A stretch of DNA of 64,000 bases from Roseibacillus sp. (GTDB lineage Bacteria; Verrucomicrobiota; Verrucomicrobiia; Verrucomicrobiales; Akkermansiaceae), in NCBI GenBank assembly GCA_051251855.1, contig JBPOGI010000002.1, positions 192,001-256,000 on the forward strand. Reading direction: 5' to 3'. Below are positions 1 to 10,324 of this stretch, piece after piece. Both the position numbers and the translations under genes were made by a program. The number at the start of each line of letters is the position of its first letter. The first letter of the stretch is position 1. The notes beneath the pieces were generated by a model, which saw nothing but the letters and a program-made list of their open reading frames with translations, ran no database searches and was not told the DNA's origin.

Positions 1-392
1 CCGCGTGTATTGCCGGAGGAAGTGCTCGTTCCTACACAATTGGTAAAGCGAACGTTGCGAATGGTGATGGTATGGCTCCCGGCGACTTCAAGAGCGCGAA
101 TGCTGGAGGAACCGTCGATGGTGATGCCGTTGGGCAGGGCGGAAGCATCAATGGTGATGCTTTTGGAAATGGCTGGGGGTCCACCGCTAGGAGGGGTTCC
201 GTCAGTGTAGACGATTCCATAGAGAGTAATCGTCTGGCCATCGAGACTGGGGTCAAAGGTGATGGTTCCGTTGTCTGGAACAGCTGCGAGTGCGTTTCGA
301 TAGCTCCCTGGAACTCGATCTGTAGCCGAGTTGACTACCGTTTGGCTTTGGCAAACTTGGGTAAGGAGGAGAAGCAAGAAGAGGCGTTGCAT
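1..392 (-). CDS. Secreted right-handed beta-helix / polymorphic-membrane-protein-like repeat protein (3' end beyond window start)
   Basis: Not in the ORF track. Hand translation from ATG at 392: MQRLFLLLLLTQVCQSQTVVNSATDRVPGSYRNAL...TITFDPSLDGQTITL...ITIDASALPNGITIDG. Signal peptide plus an N-terminal motif typical of PVC secreted beta-helix proteins; open to the window edge. Confidence 0.7.
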   Translation of the reverse strand, partial: MQRLFLLLLLTQVCQSQTVVNSATDRVPGSYRNALAAVPDNGTITFDPSLDGQTITLYGIVYTDGTPPSGGPPAISKSITIDASALPNGITIDGSSSIRALEVAGSHTITIRNVRFTNCVGTSTSSGNTR

Positions 393-515
393 ACGGGCGA
401 GATGCAATCATAATTCGGCCCATCTCGCTACCCCAAAATCTACCAGAGCACTCACCGACGAGAGGCAAGAAGGCTTTGCCTGAGCGGAGAATGTCGGGGT
501 GAGTTTCTAGAACAA

Positions 516-1187
516 CTAATACTCCACGATGGAGACGGGGGTGCCGATTTTCACCTTGGCGTAAACCTCAGGCATGGTGGAGCTTTTGCCACGAATGCAG
601 CCGTGAGAAGCAGGGTAGCGGGGCACGTTGCCCACGTGGTGGCCGATGCCGTCCCACGTGAAGCGCATCCAGTAGGGCATGGAGGCTCCGAGGAATTTAC
701 CGCCGGGAGGCACTTTGTCGGTCTTCGAATCGGCGTTGCTTTTTACGACTCCACCGCTCGCGTTGAGGATTTTGCCGTAGAGGTTGGAGCGCTTGTCTTT
801 GATCTTCTCAAGAATTTGGTAGTCGCCGGGAGGGGTAGGGTAGGCGGCCTTTCCGGTGGCGACAGGGTAGTCCATGGCCACTTCCTCGTTGTGGAGAAGT
901 TGAGCACGCTGGGTAGAGAGGTTGATACGCAAGGCCGCAGAATCTGGGGTCATAGAGGACAGCAGAGAGTGGTTGCGATAGACGTTGTAGGTCTTCTTGT
1001 AGTTGGGCTCTGCCTTGAAGTGGTCGTAGGTACCAGCTGGGAAGGGGTTAACGAATTCAGGCTCGCTCGGAGTAGGAAGGGTCGTAGTAGTGGTCTCGGC
1101 GACTTCTTCTGGGAGAGGGGCTAAAAGGCCGCAGCTCGACAGGATGAGGGGAAGAGCGAGAATAAGTGGAAAGAGCTTGTGAGACAT
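516..1187 (-). CDS. L,D-transpeptidase (YkuD family) lipoprotein
   Basis: Start MSHKLF with lipobox LSSC; YPVATGK...TPPG and catalytic GHHVG...SHGCIR motif. Confidence 0.9.
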   Translation of the reverse strand: MSHKLFPLILALPLILSSCGLLAPLPEEVAETTTTTLPTPSEPEFVNPFPAGTYDHFKAEPNYKKTYNVYRNHSLLSSMTPDSAALRINLSTQRAQLLHNEEVAMDYPVATGKAAYPTPPGDYQILEKIKDKRSNLYGKILNASGGVVKSNADSKTDKVPPGGKFLGASMPYWMRFTWDGIGHHVGNVPRYPASHGCIRGKSSTMPEVYAKVKIGTPVSIVEY

Positions 1188-1240
1188 TTCGTTTGGGAAG
1201 TTTGGGCGCTGATGAGCGTTAGTCCATGTGCCAACCGGAC

Positions 1241-2110
1241 TCAAGCCTTGGCTTTTACATTTTTTGCCATTTCGGGCTGGCAAAGGGGGCACCAAGCGGT
1301 GGTGCGGGTGGCGATGGTGGCGCGGGAGAGCTCGGTTTGGCAACGGGGGCAGTGGCCGCCTTTCTTCCAACGGTGTTGAAAAAGCCAGCTCTTGGGCGGG
1401 ACTTGCGAAACGTAGCCGCCGGCGGCGAATCCTTTGCTGGGGTCGGCGAGGAGTCCTTCGTTTTTGTCGGCGACGTGCTTGAGGGCTCCTCTGGTGACGA
1501 ACTGGGTCTCTTTGCGCAGGGAGGCGGGATCGAGCTGAGCGGTGGGGGTGGCGGGATGGAGATTCATGCGCCAGCAAATTTCGTCTGCCATCCAGTTGCC
1601 GATGCCGGGGAAGCACGTTTGGTCGAGGATGAGGGCTTTGAGGCTGGTGCGGGGTCTCTTTTCCAGCAGGCGCTTTACGAGAGCGAGGGTGAAGCGGGAG
1701 TCGAGGACTTCGGGGGGGAGGGTAGCCCAAGGTTCAGGGTCTTCGTGGAGGTGGGCGCGGCCGAATTGACGATAGTCGTTGTAGATGAGGGTGAGGCCGG
1801 AGAGGCGGATGAGGAGGTGGTCGTGCTTGTGAGCCTCGTGGTCAGCGGAAGCGATGGCGAGGCGGCCAGACATCCCGAGATGGACTTCGAGGGGCAGAAT
1901 TTCGTTCTTCTTTTGGAAGGTGAAGAGGAGCCGCTTGCCGTGGGAATGGCTGGTGATCATCTCCGCGCCGGTGAGGGCCGACTCGATGGCGACGGCGGGG
2001 GTATCGCGATAGACGCGGGTCTTGGGGTGGGTCTCGACGGCGATGACCTTTTTCCCCAAAGCAGGGGACCAAATGCGGCGGGCGAGTTCGACTTCGGCGA
2101 GTTCAGGCAT
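1241..2110 (-). CDS. Fpg/Nei family DNA glycosylase/AP lyase
   Basis: N-terminal MPELAEVE, HLGMSG, H2TH motif LDQ..FPGIGNWMADE, C-terminal CPRC...CPLCQ zinc finger. Confidence 0.9.
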   Translation of the reverse strand: MPELAEVELARRIWSPALGKKVIAVETHPKTRVYRDTPAVAIESALTGAEMITSHSHGKRLLFTFQKKNEILPLEVHLGMSGRLAIASADHEAHKHDHLLIRLSGLTLIYNDYRQFGRAHLHEDPEPWATLPPEVLDSRFTLALVKRLLEKRPRTSLKALILDQTCFPGIGNWMADEICWRMNLHPATPTAQLDPASLRKETQFVTRGALKHVADKNEGLLADPSKGFAAGGYVSQVPPKSWLFQHRWKKGGHCPRCQTELSRATIATRTTAWCPLCQPEMAKNVKAKA

Positions 2111-2143
2111 GGGGTGGCGTTATTGGGAGGGAGTGGTTCTTGA

Positions 2144-2341
2144 TCAGCCTCCCGCCGCGAGGGTGATGACTTCGAGGTTGTCGCCTTCGGCGAGGGAGGT
2201 GGTTTCGTGTTCGGCTTTGAGGAGGGCCACTTGGTTGTGTTCGACGATGACCGGTTTTTCGTCGAGGCCGAGTTCCTTGAGGAGGGCGAGGACGGTGGGC
2301 GCGCTGATTTCGGTGCTTTCGCCGTTGAGTTGAATCTTCAT
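2144..2341 (-). CDS. thiS: Sulfur carrier protein ThiS
   Basis: 65 aa ubiquitin-like protein, MKIQLNGE start and C-terminal GG, next to thiH. Confidence 0.93.
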   Translation of the reverse strand: MKIQLNGESTEISAPTVLALLKELGLDEKPVIVEHNQVALLKAEHETTSLAEGDNLEVITLAAGG

Positions 2342-2347
2342 GGCGAA

Positions 2348-3487
2348 CTATCCTTTCAAGATGGCTTCGTCCCAGTCTTTCCAGACGGGTTCGAGGCCGG
2401 TGGCTGAGATGGTTTTGGCGAAGTCGGCAGGGGTGCGCTGGTCGTCGATGGTGAATTGTTCGGTAGCGCGGGTGCCGGCGGGTTTTTCTTCTTCGGCGAC
2501 CTCGATGCGGCGGCCTTTTTGGGTGCGGTGGAGGTCGTCGCAGCCCGCTCCGGTATAGCCGCCGGGGTCGGTGGCGCTGCCGGCGGACATGTGGGTCGGC
2601 CCAAGGGTCATCACGTTGTCGCGGAAGGCGGCAGGCTCGCGGGTGGAGACCACGATGCCGGTGGAGGGGAAGCAAAGCCGGGTCGCGGCGATGAGTTGGA
2701 CGAGTTGACGGTCGCTGAGATAGCGGTTGGGGTCAGGGGTGTATTGGTAGTTGCCGGCGTAGGGTCTCATGCGAGGAAAGGCGACTGAGAATTGAGCTTT
2801 CCAGCAATGCTTGTGCAGGTATTCGAGGTGGGCGGCGAGGGCGAGGGCTTCGGTGCGCCAGTCGGCAAGGCCAAAGAGGGCGCCGATGCCGATGCGACGG
2901 AAGCCGCCACGGTAGGCGCGCTCGGGGCATTCGAGCCGCCAGTCGAAGTTCTTTTTGGGGCCGGCGGTGTGGAGGGTTTTGTAGGTGTCGCGGTGGTAGG
3001 TCTCTTGGTAGACGATGAGGCCTTCGGCACCGGCTTTGACAAGCTCGGCGTATTGATGGTCTTCCATGGGGCCGACTTCGATGCCGATGGTGGGGAAGAG
3101 GGGGGCGAGTTGGCGAACAATGTCTTGGAGGTAACCGTCGGAGACAAACTTGGGATGCTCCCCGGCGACGAGGAGGAGGTTGCGGAAGCCTTGGGCGTGC
3201 AGGTGGCGGGCTTCTTGCAGCACTTGCTCGGCGTCGAGGGTGGTGCGCAGGATGGGGTTGTCCCGCGAGAAGCCGCAATAGGAGCAGTTGTTGACGCACT
3301 CGTTGGATACGTAGAGGGGCGCGAAGAGGCGGATTGTTTTGCCGAAGTTACGACGCGTGACTTGCGCGGATTGGCGGGCGAGAGATTCCAGCTGGGCATC
3401 ATCCGCAGGCGCGATCAGGTTCTCGAAACGGCGTAGCAGAGGAGAGCGTTTCTCGGGGAATTCGTTGAAGACGGGAACAAAAGACAT
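2348..3487 (-). CDS. thiH: 2-iminoacetate synthase ThiH (radical SAM)
   Basis: FAPLYVSNECVNNCSYCGF (CxxxCxxC), YQETY, GIGALFGL, SAGSATDPGGY, WKDWD. Confidence 0.93.
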   Translation of the reverse strand: MSFVPVFNEFPEKRSPLLRRFENLIAPADDAQLESLARQSAQVTRRNFGKTIRLFAPLYVSNECVNNCSYCGFSRDNPILRTTLDAEQVLQEARHLHAQGFRNLLLVAGEHPKFVSDGYLQDIVRQLAPLFPTIGIEVGPMEDHQYAELVKAGAEGLIVYQETYHRDTYKTLHTAGPKKNFDWRLECPERAYRGGFRRIGIGALFGLADWRTEALALAAHLEYLHKHCWKAQFSVAFPRMRPYAGNYQYTPDPNRYLSDRQLVQLIAATRLCFPSTGIVVSTREPAAFRDNVMTLGPTHMSAGSATDPGGYTGAGCDDLHRTQKGRRIEVAEEEKPAGTRATEQFTIDDQRTPADFAKTISATGLEPVWKDWDEAILKG

Positions 3488-3592
3488 AGTCGAGGTGAGG
3501 AGGCAGCTTAGTGCGGTTGGGGGGCGTGTAAAACGTTTGCGAGGGGATTGGTAGCCTTTTTCAGGAGGGTTGAGGCTGGCTCGCCAGAGAAG

Positions 3593-4504
3593 TTATTGCG
3601 GTTGGCGGGCGTGGATGAGGTTGGCGAGCACGATGGTGGCGGTTCCGAGGTAAAAGAGAGGGGTGAGTGATTGGTGTTCGGAGAAGAAGATGGCGGCCAA
3701 AAGGATGCCGTAGACTGGCTCGAAGTTGATGGCCAAGTTCATAGTGTAGGCGGTGACATGCTTCAGAATGCGAGCGAACCAGAGGTATGCGAAAAAGGTG
3801 CAGATGATGGCGAGGAAGAGGAGGGCGGGCCAGTCTACGGTTTGAGGGACTTCGAAGCCGAAGCGGGGGACGATGAGAATGGCAGCCACGGTGGCGAGGT
3901 TGGCGGCGGGGATTTGGTAGAGCATGAGGGTGGGCCCTGGGACGGCTGCGGTGATCAGGCTTTTGCTCGTCAGGCTGTAGATGGCGGCGAGAAGTGCGCC
4001 AATGAGGGCAATAGAGAGGCCGAGGAGGGGATGGGGGACCTCTGTTTTGGCTCCTGCAATGAGAACGATGCCTACCGCGACTAGAAGGGCGAGGAGGACT
4101 TTACGGGTTTCCGGTCTCTTTTTCTCGATGAGAGGTTCCAGCAAAGCGGTGAAAAGAGAGGTGGCGGCGAAGCCTGCGAGGCCCACCGAGACATTGGAGA
4201 GCGCGATCGCTCCGAAAAAGCAGAGCCAGTGCATGCCGAGAATAAAACCTGAGGTGAGCGAAAGGATGAGATGGGGCCTCGAAATCCGCAAAAGATGGGG
4301 ACGGCGTAACCGGCAGAAAAAATAGAAGACGGCTGCGGCAATGGCCGTGCGCCAGAAAACCAAGGCGGTAGGCTGCATGGAGATGACTTCCCCGAGGATG
4401 CCGGTGAGGCTCCAGAGGAGAACGAGAAGATTGAGCTGGAGAAGTCGGGGCAAAATTTGGCAAGCAGTCTGCGTGAAGGTGACGGGTTCGGGTTTTGACC
4501 CCAT
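3593..4504 (-). CDS. DMT/EamA family transporter
   Basis: About 10 TM segments, HWLCFFGAI, NFEPVYGILLA. Confidence 0.88.
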   Translation of the reverse strand: MGSKPEPVTFTQTACQILPRLLQLNLLVLLWSLTGILGEVISMQPTALVFWRTAIAAAVFYFFCRLRRPHLLRISRPHLILSLTSGFILGMHWLCFFGAIALSNVSVGLAGFAATSLFTALLEPLIEKKRPETRKVLLALLVAVGIVLIAGAKTEVPHPLLGLSIALIGALLAAIYSLTSKSLITAAVPGPTLMLYQIPAANLATVAAILIVPRFGFEVPQTVDWPALLFLAIICTFFAYLWFARILKHVTAYTMNLAINFEPVYGILLAAIFFSEHQSLTPLFYLGTATIVLANLIHARQPQ

Positions 4505-4539
4505 GCCGACTTAAGCTCTAGCCTTTTCTATCCCGACTG

Positions 4540-5178
4540 ATGACTAAGTGCCCCCGATGTGTTCAGCGAATCCACCGTTCTGCGGCTGGATGTCCCCACT
4601 GTGGTTTCGACATGAAGGATGTGGACCTTCTCTTTGGGGGGGACGATGTCCGATTAGCAGCTCTTTCTGATGCTGCGGGCGTCTTACGGGCCAAAGAGCG
4701 TAAGGAGATGCGCCTGATGATGAATGAGTTCGAGCGCCGCTTTCCGCAGCTCTTTTTCTCGATTTACATTGGTGCTTTTGAGGAAGTCTCGCATTTGCGC
4801 CAGTTTGGCTTCTGGCTGTTGAATCGGGGTGCTTTTGTGGATGTGGAAATGTCGCGACCGAACGAGTGCGGAGTGCTGCTTTCCATCGATGTCTCAGGAA
4901 AGGCTGCCGGTCTGACTTATGGCTATGCGCTGCATCCGTTCTTGGATGAGGATGATACTTTTGCGGCGCTGTCGGTGGGTCATCCTTTGTTTTTGCAGGG
5001 GCAATATTTTAAGGGGATCGAGATTGTGTTGAAAAAGGTGGAGAGCACTCTCGTTCGTCGTTCGAAACGGGCCAAAAAGGATCCCGCGAAGTATCAAGAC
5101 GAACAACCCACGGAAGGAACGGGAGAGTTGCTGGAGCGTATCCGATCACGTCATCGTCAAAAGGAAAGGAAGCTCTAA
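4540..5178 (+). CDS. TPM-domain-like protein with N-terminal zinc ribbon
   Basis: CPRC...CPHC; DAAGVL...FERRFPQ...GVLLSID...YGYAL pattern resembles the TPM domain. Confidence 0.6.
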   Translation: MTKCPRCVQRIHRSAAGCPHCGFDMKDVDLLFGGDDVRLAALSDAAGVLRAKERKEMRLMMNEFERRFPQLFFSIYIGAFEEVSHLRQFGFWLLNRGAFVDVEMSRPNECGVLLSIDVSGKAAGLTYGYALHPFLDEDDTFAALSVGHPLFLQGQYFKGIEIVLKKVESTLVRRSKRAKKDPAKYQDEQPTEGTGELLERIRSRHRQKERKL

Positions 5179-6284
5179 TGGGTGGACTTGGGCAAAAATT
5201 TGGCAGGGTGGCTTTTCCGATGTGGATTGGCTTGGTTTTGATGGTTTCTTCCAGTTTTGCCCAAGAATCGGCACCACGGGTGGATGAAGATGGGGAAGTG
5301 ATCCCCGACTTATCGAATTGGCCAGCGCTGCCTTCGTGGTCGATCGAGGAGCTGGAATTGATTCGCAATGGCGAAATCCTGTTAGGAACGGCTCTTTTCG
5401 TAGAAGATGTCGGGGGTGTTAGCTACAAAGATTTGTTCGAACCTCTAGAGGTGCCGGAAGAAATTCCAGATTTACCTCCTGAGGAGGCCTACCCGATTGA
5501 AATCGGAGAGGAGTTTTTAGCACGCTACTTTGCGGGGCGACCTGCAGGCTACCTCGTCGATCCTCAAGGTATGCTGTCGATGCAAGAGCAGCAGGATAGG
5601 CAGAGTTTCTTGGAATATCATGCGGGTGATTCTCAAATCGATCTCTACATCTATCTTTTCGATGAGAAGCAGGAGGTGCCGCCGGAAGGAGAGATTGAGG
5701 CTATCTTCAAGCGCCACTTTCTACGTGGGCAGGGCCTTAGCGCGTTGGTCTATTATTATGTGGGAGATCCGAGTCGTTCCACGATGGTGATGAGTCCTGA
5801 TGTCTATTCCGTGATTCCAAGTACGGCGGTAAAAGGGGCTTTGATTTATGCTAAGCAACAAGCGCAGACCAAGAGTGAGCCTGCGTCTCAGTTAGAGAGC
5901 TTTTCTACCGGGCTTTCAATTCGTCTCTATTGGATGGAACGCGAGTTGGCGGAAGCGGCCGGAAAGGGGCATCTATTGGCAGACCGAGGTGAGGAATTAG
6001 TGGTGGTGAAGGCTGATGAAGAAAAGCCTGAAGAAACAGGGCGAGAGTCTAAGGTTCTTGCTGCCTTTGGAATGCTTTCGCTTGGAGTGCTGGGGGTCGG
6101 AATTTGGCTCGCGTGCCGGAAGGCAGAGAAGAAAAAGACTTATTTGTTTCCTGAGGTGGAAGTGAAGCCTTTGCTCGCTGCTCCGCATGCAGCTGGGGTG
6201 GGAGCGGTGATTCACTTTGGCAATGCCACCATGCCGCCCTCAGTGCAGAAGGATCAAGTGCCAGACTACCTGCGTAAGATGTAG
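5178..6284 (+). CDS. Membrane-anchored hypothetical protein (TPM-like domain)
   Basis: Signal peptide, LVDPQGML motif, C-terminal TM; TAATG coupling to the upstream gene. Confidence 0.6.
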   Translation: MGGLGQKFGRVAFPMWIGLVLMVSSSFAQESAPRVDEDGEVIPDLSNWPALPSWSIEELELIRNGEILLGTALFVEDVGGVSYKDLFEPLEVPEEIPDLPPEEAYPIEIGEEFLARYFAGRPAGYLVDPQGMLSMQEQQDRQSFLEYHAGDSQIDLYIYLFDEKQEVPPEGEIEAIFKRHFLRGQGLSALVYYYVGDPSRSTMVMSPDVYSVIPSTAVKGALIYAKQQAQTKSEPASQLESFSTGLSIRLYWMERELAEAAGKGHLLADRGEELVVVKADEEKPEETGRESKVLAAFGMLSLGVLGVGIWLACRKAEKKKTYLFPEVEVKPLLAAPHAAGVGAVIHFGNATMPPSVQKDQVPDYLRKM

Positions 6285-6306
6285 CGGTTAGAGAGGTAAG
6301 AGTTTT

Positions 6307-6879
6307 ATGGATTGGAACGAGCGATATCAGCAGGGAGATACTCCGTGGGAGAAGGGCGCTGCAGCTCCCCCTCTGGGAGAGGTTTCTTCGCGTCTTGGTG
6401 ATGTGATCTGGGGCGAGGGTCCAGTTCTCGTTCCGGGTTGTGGCTTCGGGCACGATGCCCGATGGATTGCCGAGAAGGGAGTTGAGGTTGTTGGTCTGGA
6501 TGTCTCGGAGTTGGCTTTGCAAGGAGCTATCAAGCGAACGGAAGGAGGGAATCCATCCTTTGAGTTGGGTGATTTTTTCGAAGCTGAGGTGGGGCGTTAT
6601 GCTGCCATTTTTGAGCACACTTGCTTCTGTGCCATTTCTCCCTCTGAAAGAGGCCGGTATGCGTCTTCTGCAGCGAGATGGCTGAAGGTGGGGGGGCACT
6701 TAGTAGCGATCTTCTTTTTGAATCCCGACCACGACACGGGGCCTCCGTTTGGCTGCACTTCGGAGGAGTTGGATGGTCTTTTTGGAGAGTTCTTCGAACT
6801 GGTTGACGAGTGGGAGCCGAGGGCGACTTATCCCGGGAGAGAAGGACGCGAGTTGGTGAGGATTTACCGGAAGAAGTAA
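6307..6879 (+). CDS. Thiopurine S-methyltransferase-like SAM methyltransferase
   Basis: WNERY..TPWEKG, VLVPGCGFGHD, EHTCFCAI, GPPFG. Confidence 0.88.
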   Translation: MDWNERYQQGDTPWEKGAAAPPLGEVSSRLGDVIWGEGPVLVPGCGFGHDARWIAEKGVEVVGLDVSELALQGAIKRTEGGNPSFELGDFFEAEVGRYAAIFEHTCFCAISPSERGRYASSAARWLKVGGHLVAIFFLNPDHDTGPPFGCTSEELDGLFGEFFELVDEWEPRATYPGREGRELVRIYRKK

Positions 6880-6976
6880 AGACTCGCGGTCCGTGCCCTT
6901 TCCGCCATGCTATGCGAGAAAGAGAAATATTTCCAATGGGTTCGCTCTTTGGTCAGTTTGCCTCTGAACTCCCGCT

Positions 6977-8872
6977 ATGAATCGTTTTTTACTTTCCTCA
7001 GCTCTCGGTAGCCTTCTTCTCTTCTCTGGCCTGGCTCCGGCGGAAGAAAACTCACGACCAGCCAAGCCGAATGTGGTTCTGATCCTCACCGATGACTTGG
7101 GATGGCAAGATGTGGGGTGCTACGATATTGATGAGCCTTCTCCCTACGAGACCCCCCATATCGATGCTTTGGCAAAAAGGGGAGTGATGTTCTGGCAGGC
7201 CTATTCTCCGGCGCCGACTTGCGCTCCGACGCGCTGTGCAATCATGAGTGGAAATCATCCCGCACGAGCTCAAAAGACGCACGTGGTGGGAGGGGCACCT
7301 CCAGCTCCCTACAATCGCACGGCTCATCGCATGATGCCTCCGTGGTATAGTGGGCGCATGCCAGCGGGCGAAATGACTTTGGCTCGTGCTTTGCAAGGAA
7401 ATGGTTATGCAACGGGACACTCTGGAAAATGGCACATGGCGATTAACCACAGTGCGTTCCCGCAACCTGAGGATCAGGGCTTTGACTGGAGTCGGGCCTC
7501 GCTGGGAGTCACTCGCCGCATGGCTCCTCATCGTATGACGGGGTTTGCGACCGCTGAGGAAGGGGATCCGTTTCGTCTCGATGAAGAGGGCTTCGCCTTT
7601 GATCAAACCACCGTTGATGCGATGGAGTTTGTGGGTAAGCACAAGGATGAGCCCTTCTTTCTCTACTTCGCCACTTGGTTGGTGCACACCCCGATTCATA
7701 CCCGCAGCAAAGAACGCCTTGAGAAATATTGCCAGAAACTGGGAGTCGCTTTACCGGAGAATCCCAAAGAGTGGAAAGGGGAGGGGCAGACCAACCCGTT
7801 CTATTGCGCGATGGTAGAGGAGTTGGACCATTATGTGGGGCAGCTTCTTGATTACTTGCAAGAAACGGAGGATCCCCGCTGGCCCGGGCACAAGTTGGTG
7901 GAGAACACTTACGTGATTTTCACCTCGGATAATGGCGGCATGGAGACTCATCCGGGCCAAATTATTACCGATAACTATCCGCTGGATCGAGGAAAGATAT
8001 CTGCGCGCGAAGGAGGGACGCGGGTGCCGCTCATCATTGCGGGACCTGGAATCAAGGAAGGGATACAGTCGGAGGTGATGGTGAATGGACTCGATTTTTA
8101 CCCGACGGTTCTTTCGCTCACAGGGGCGGAAAAGCCGGCAGGCAAGTCCTTCGACGGCTATGATTTGAAGCCACTTCTATTGGGTGATGCTTCTGATGCT
8201 GCTTTGGTAGTGGATGCTGATGGTGAGGTGCGCGATAGTATGATGTGGCACTTTCCACATAGCGTGGCGATGGAGAGCACGATTCGGGTGGGGGGATACA
8301 AGCTGATTCGGAAGTATGAGCGGGTGAAGGCAGGGGATGAACTGAGTGGTCTCGAGCTTTATCAACTCTACGACGCCGAGGACGGTGAAGTGGTTCGGGT
8401 CGATATTGAGGAAGCGAAGAATCTCACGAAGGATTCGCCTGAGAAAGCGAAGGAGATGAATGGTCTCCTCAGTAAGTCTCTGACCGAGATGAAGGCGAGT
8501 TATCCTTACTTTAATCCTCATACCAAACACAAATTGCCTCACAAAGACGAGGTCTGCACGGTCATTAGCCACGAGCAGGACGGGAAGGTAGTTCGTTTTA
8601 CCTATCAAGAGAACGGAGCTAAAGTGGAGCGAGCCAATCTGATATACACTGATAACGGCGGAGAGCGCTATGAAGAGTGGTATCGTCAGCCGGCTGCTTT
8701 GGTGCTAGGGAATCAGGTGCAAGTCCGCTTGCCGAAAGAGACGACACACTATTTCATCAACCTCATCGACGAGAACAAGTTCCTTGTGAGCTATCCAGAG
8801 GTGGTGGACATGCTCACTTTACAGAAGAGTGGGAAGAAATATTCTGAGACTGCTTTGTCTCCAGAAAACTAA
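6977..8872 (+). CDS. Secreted formylglycine-dependent sulfatase
   Basis: Signal peptide, PNVVLILTDDLGW, CAPTR (CxPxR), GKWH, FTSDNGG. Confidence 0.93.
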   Translation: MNRFLLSSALGSLLLFSGLAPAEENSRPAKPNVVLILTDDLGWQDVGCYDIDEPSPYETPHIDALAKRGVMFWQAYSPAPTCAPTRCAIMSGNHPARAQKTHVVGGAPPAPYNRTAHRMMPPWYSGRMPAGEMTLARALQGNGYATGHSGKWHMAINHSAFPQPEDQGFDWSRASLGVTRRMAPHRMTGFATAEEGDPFRLDEEGFAFDQTTVDAMEFVGKHKDEPFFLYFATWLVHTPIHTRSKERLEKYCQKLGVALPENPKEWKGEGQTNPFYCAMVEELDHYVGQLLDYLQETEDPRWPGHKLVENTYVIFTSDNGGMETHPGQIITDNYPLDRGKISAREGGTRVPLIIAGPGIKEGIQSEVMVNGLDFYPTVLSLTGAEKPAGKSFDGYDLKPLLLGDASDAALVVDADGEVRDSMMWHFPHSVAMESTIRVGGYKLIRKYERVKAGDELSGLELYQLYDAEDGEVVRVDIEEAKNLTKDSPEKAKEMNGLLSKSLTEMKASYPYFNPHTKHKLPHKDEVCTVISHEQDGKVVRFTYQENGAKVERANLIYTDNGGERYEEWYRQPAALVLGNQVQVRLPKETTHYFINLIDENKFLVSYPEVVDMLTLQKSGKKYSETALSPEN

Positions 8873-9467
8873 GATTTTGAAGACGAGAAAGAGACGGCCG
8901 GCCTGGGTGAAACTTTTGTTAGTTTATTCGGCCCTCACCTTAGGAGTGACGGTAGAAAATAAAGCAAAAGTCTTCGCCTTGGACGAAACTAAAGATGATC
9001 CGCAGGATTTCCAAATCTCTTTGTGGGTCGACGATGGTGATTGTCGCTTTTTTGTCCCCTTCATTTTTTGGTTAACTTACAACACGGATCCTCATGATTT
9101 GAATTTCTTCTTCAAGACTAGAAACGCCCACGTGAGCGGGGTGAAGCTCAACAAAATACGATTGGTTTCAGAAGATTCCGAGGAAGAGTTTGTTCTTGAT
9201 AAAGAATACTCACTGACAAGTAGTGAGGGTGCCTATTACAGCGTTGAGGAAGGCTATTCCTTTGGCAAACAAGTGGGGGGGAAGATTTCTGGGATGCTCA
9301 AAGAAGGGAAGCACGTTAAGTTTAGCCTCTTCTACACGATATCTTATGATAATCAAAACCCTCAGAGCTTCGAAACCGAGCGAACGCTGATGGCGAGCCG
9401 AAACACTAAGTTTTCGACGGGCTGGATGCTTTTAATTCAAGGGATTGGAGCCTCTGGCGCAGCTTGA
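8829..9467 (+). CDS. Hypothetical protein (AT-richer than neighbours)
   Basis: 212-aa ORF filling the gap; start uncertain; no recognised motif. Confidence 0.5.
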   Translation: MGRNILRLLCLQKTKILKTRKRRPAWVKLLLVYSALTLGVTVENKAKVFALDETKDDPQDFQISLWVDDGDCRFFVPFIFWLTYNTDPHDLNFFFKTRNAHVSGVKLNKIRLVSEDSEEEFVLDKEYSLTSSEGAYYSVEEGYSFGKQVGGKISGMLKEGKHVKFSLFYTISYDNQNPQSFETERTLMASRNTKFSTGWMLLIQGIGASGAA

Positions 9468-9679
9468 AAATTCCTATTTTTAAAAGAGTGTTCGAATGGC
9501 TTGGTAATAATACCAGTCCACTCCCGGTGGTATCTTGACTCTGTGAGAGTATCTGGGTGGGGAGGTCTCAATCCATTTGGAAAAGTGGTTGAGCTTTCAA
9601 TGGATGATTTCGGCGGTTCGGAGCAGAGGCCGCCCTACCGTTCGATGAACCGCTGGAGCCTCGAGTGGAGGCGTCTAGC

Positions 9680-10309
9680 TTAGTCGGTGCCGTAAATACG
9701 GTCGCCGGCATCGCCGAGGCCGGGGAGAATGTAGCCTTTGTCGTTGAGCTCGCGGTCGAGGGCTCCGGTGAAGATGGGGACGTCGGGGTGGGCTGCTTGG
9801 AGAGCGGCGACTCCTTCGGGGGCGGCAAGGAGGCAAAGGAAGACGAGGTCGGTGACGCCTTTTTCGCGTAAGCGGTCGATGGCTGCGACGGTGCTGCCGC
9901 CAGTGGCGAGCATGGGGTCGGCGAGGATGACTTGGCGCTTCTCGATTTGAGTGGGGAGCTTGCAGTAGTATTCCTCGGGCTGAAGGGTGTCGGGATTACG
10001 GACGAGGCCGAGGTGGCCGACGGCAGCTTCGGGCATGATGTCCATGAGTCCGTCGACGAGTCCGTTGCCGGCGCGGAGGATGGAGATGAGGCAGGGCGCG
10101 GGGGTGGGGAGACGATGGGCTGTCATCTCCTCGAGGGGAGTCTCGATGGTGTTCTCTTCCACGGTGAGGTGTTTGGTGGCCTCGTTGGCGAGGAGCCAAG
10201 TGGTCTCGCGGAGAATACGGCGAAAGGTGGGGAAGGGGGTGGTGACGTCGCGCAGGATGGCGAGCTTGTGGTGAACCAGCGGGTGGTCGATAACGGTGAG
10301 TGTGCTCAT
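9680..10309 (-). CDS. upp: Uracil phosphoribosyltransferase
   Basis: HPLVHHKL, ILRAG, DPMLATGGS, YILPGLGDAGDRIYGT. Confidence 0.97.
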   Translation of the reverse strand: MSTLTVIDHPLVHHKLAILRDVTTPFPTFRRILRETTWLLANEATKHLTVEENTIETPLEEMTAHRLPTPAPCLISILRAGNGLVDGLMDIMPEAAVGHLGLVRNPDTLQPEEYYCKLPTQIEKRQVILADPMLATGGSTVAAIDRLREKGVTDLVFLCLLAAPEGVAALQAAHPDVPIFTGALDRELNDKGYILPGLGDAGDRIYGTD

Positions 10310-10324
10310 CGTGAAAGGATTCTG

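Noticed and set aside
3488..3592. TPP riboswitch upstream of thiH
   Set aside because: Short gap without the conserved CTGAGA core or the expected stems
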